Shown here: positions 63,141 to 64,000 of the stretch, in pieces
How positions within the stretch are numbered: the stretch's first letter is position 1
Layout of the letters: each line of letters starts with the position of its first letter
DNA from: a virus
IMG/VR virus record: IMGVR_UViG_3300021963_000002
Span: 6,686-70,685 of that record
DNA length: 64,000 nucleotides
Strand: one strand, 5' to 3'
Translations under genes and position numbers: made by a program
The notes under the pieces: model-generated
Told to the model about the DNA's origin: nothing
The model's input: only the letters and a program-made list of their open reading frames with translations
Database searches by the model: none

Positions 63141-63355
63141 CCATAGAGTTCACGTCGACGATCACGAATTGAATCGCAGCACCCGTCGTCTTCTATGAAG
63201 TAGGAATAGACAGGTGACTGCTTGCGCTTTTTGAATGTCACATCGCGCCAGTTGGTGATGAAGTATTTGCGGCGGTAGATGCTTGCTTCTGTCTTGGCAC
63301 GGGCAAAGGTGTCAGCAGTCGCTACAACTTGCCCCTTGTAGTAGATGTCGAACAT
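63128..63355 (-). CDS. Hypothetical protein
   Basis: Coupled ORF. Confidence 0.55.
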   Translation of the reverse strand: MFDIYYKGQVVATADTFARAKTEASIYRRKYFITNWRDVTFKKRKQSPVYSYFIEDDGCCDSIRDRRRELYGCGQ

Positions 63356-63356
63356 G

Positions 63357-63548
63357 TCAAGACTCCAGGAGAGATGAGAGTTTGCGGCCGCGTTCTTTGC
63401 CTATGTCACAGATCTGAGAGTCAGAGAACGACTGCAGTTCTTCCCACTCAGAGGAAGAGAGATCGTGATCAGCCACTAGGACGCAAGTAGCAGCAGTCAG
63501 AACGGTTCCGGTGCTGACATCGATCAGCATGTAGCGAGAGAGATCCAT
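63357..63548 (-). CDS. Hypothetical protein
   Basis: ATG 63548 preceded by CTCTCTCACC motif. Confidence 0.55.
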   Translation of the reverse strand: MDLSRYMLIDVSTGTVLTAATCVLVADHDLSSSEWEELQSFSDSQICDIGKERGRKLSSLLES

Positions 63549-63589
63549 TGGGGATGCGGTGAGAGAGTGAACTAGTCCAGATGAGAACA

Positions 63590-64000
63590 TCAGACGCCGA
63601 CGAAATGCTTCGCACCGGTGCCGTGAGCCTCTACGAAGATGTCAGTCTTGGCACCATCGCAGAGAGCACATGTGCGGCATTGTGCAGCTGAATTGTCGAC
63701 AGTGGCGGGGCACTGTTTGCCGCTGAATGCGTCAGAACCTTGGGGCACAACTGCAAAGGTCTTCCAGCCATGTGCAGACGCATCGAGATAGTCTGCGAAA
63801 CCGTCACAGCTAGCCTGGAAAACGCCTTTGCACCATTGGGCAAACTCTTCGCGCCACTGGTGGGTGTAGCCAGTGTGACCTGCAGCGAACTTGTTAAAGC
63901 CACGCACAACTTGCTCGTCAAGAATGCTGGGGTCGCCATACGCACCCCAGCGAATCTTGCGACCATTGAGCAGCATGCCGTAGTTAATATCTGCGGCAAC
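63590..64000 (-). CDS. Cys-rich conserved phage protein (R.GAYGDP, TGYTHQW, CP...C..C.LC...AHG); probably 5' truncated
   Basis: Motifs visible in translation; frame appears open to window edge. Confidence 0.7.
   Translation of the reverse strand, partial: VAADINYGMLLNGRKIRWGAYGDPSILDEQVVRGFNKFAAGHTGYTHQWREEFAQWCKGVFQASCDGFADYLDASAHGWKTFAVVPQGSDAFSGKQCPATVDNSAAQCRTCALCDGAKTDIFVEAHGTGAKHFVGV

Overview
64-kb segment of a temperate, siphovirus-like phage, almost certainly infecting picocyanobacteria (Synechococcus/Cyanobium-like). No host chromosomal genes are visible. Left arm (+): primase-helicase containing an iteron-like array, family A DNA polymerase, dCTP deaminase and class II (NrdJ) ribonucleotide reductase. 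Centre: tyrosine integrase, tRNA-Arg(TCT) and a candidate attP region. Next to these is a nitrogen-sensing cassette: an NtcA box over a promoter, a glutamine-II/Downstream-peptide-type riboswitch and a DUF4278-like small ORF. The lysis module follows (glucosaminidase+C39 endolysin, and a holin-like gene with an A-AAA-AAG -1 frameshift into a start-less ORF). Then come a large mosaic tail-fibre region, including a block in opposite orientation, and lambda-like tail tip genes, tape measure protein, G/GT-type frameshifted chaperone and tail tube. The head module is DUF1073 portal / MuF / DUF2213 / DUF2184 type and contains three very basic, Cys-motif-repeat, polyprotein-like ORFs. Terminase genes follow, then a right arm of small early genes sharing a CTCTCTCACC leader motif. 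All assignments come from motif recognition by eye; no database searches were run.
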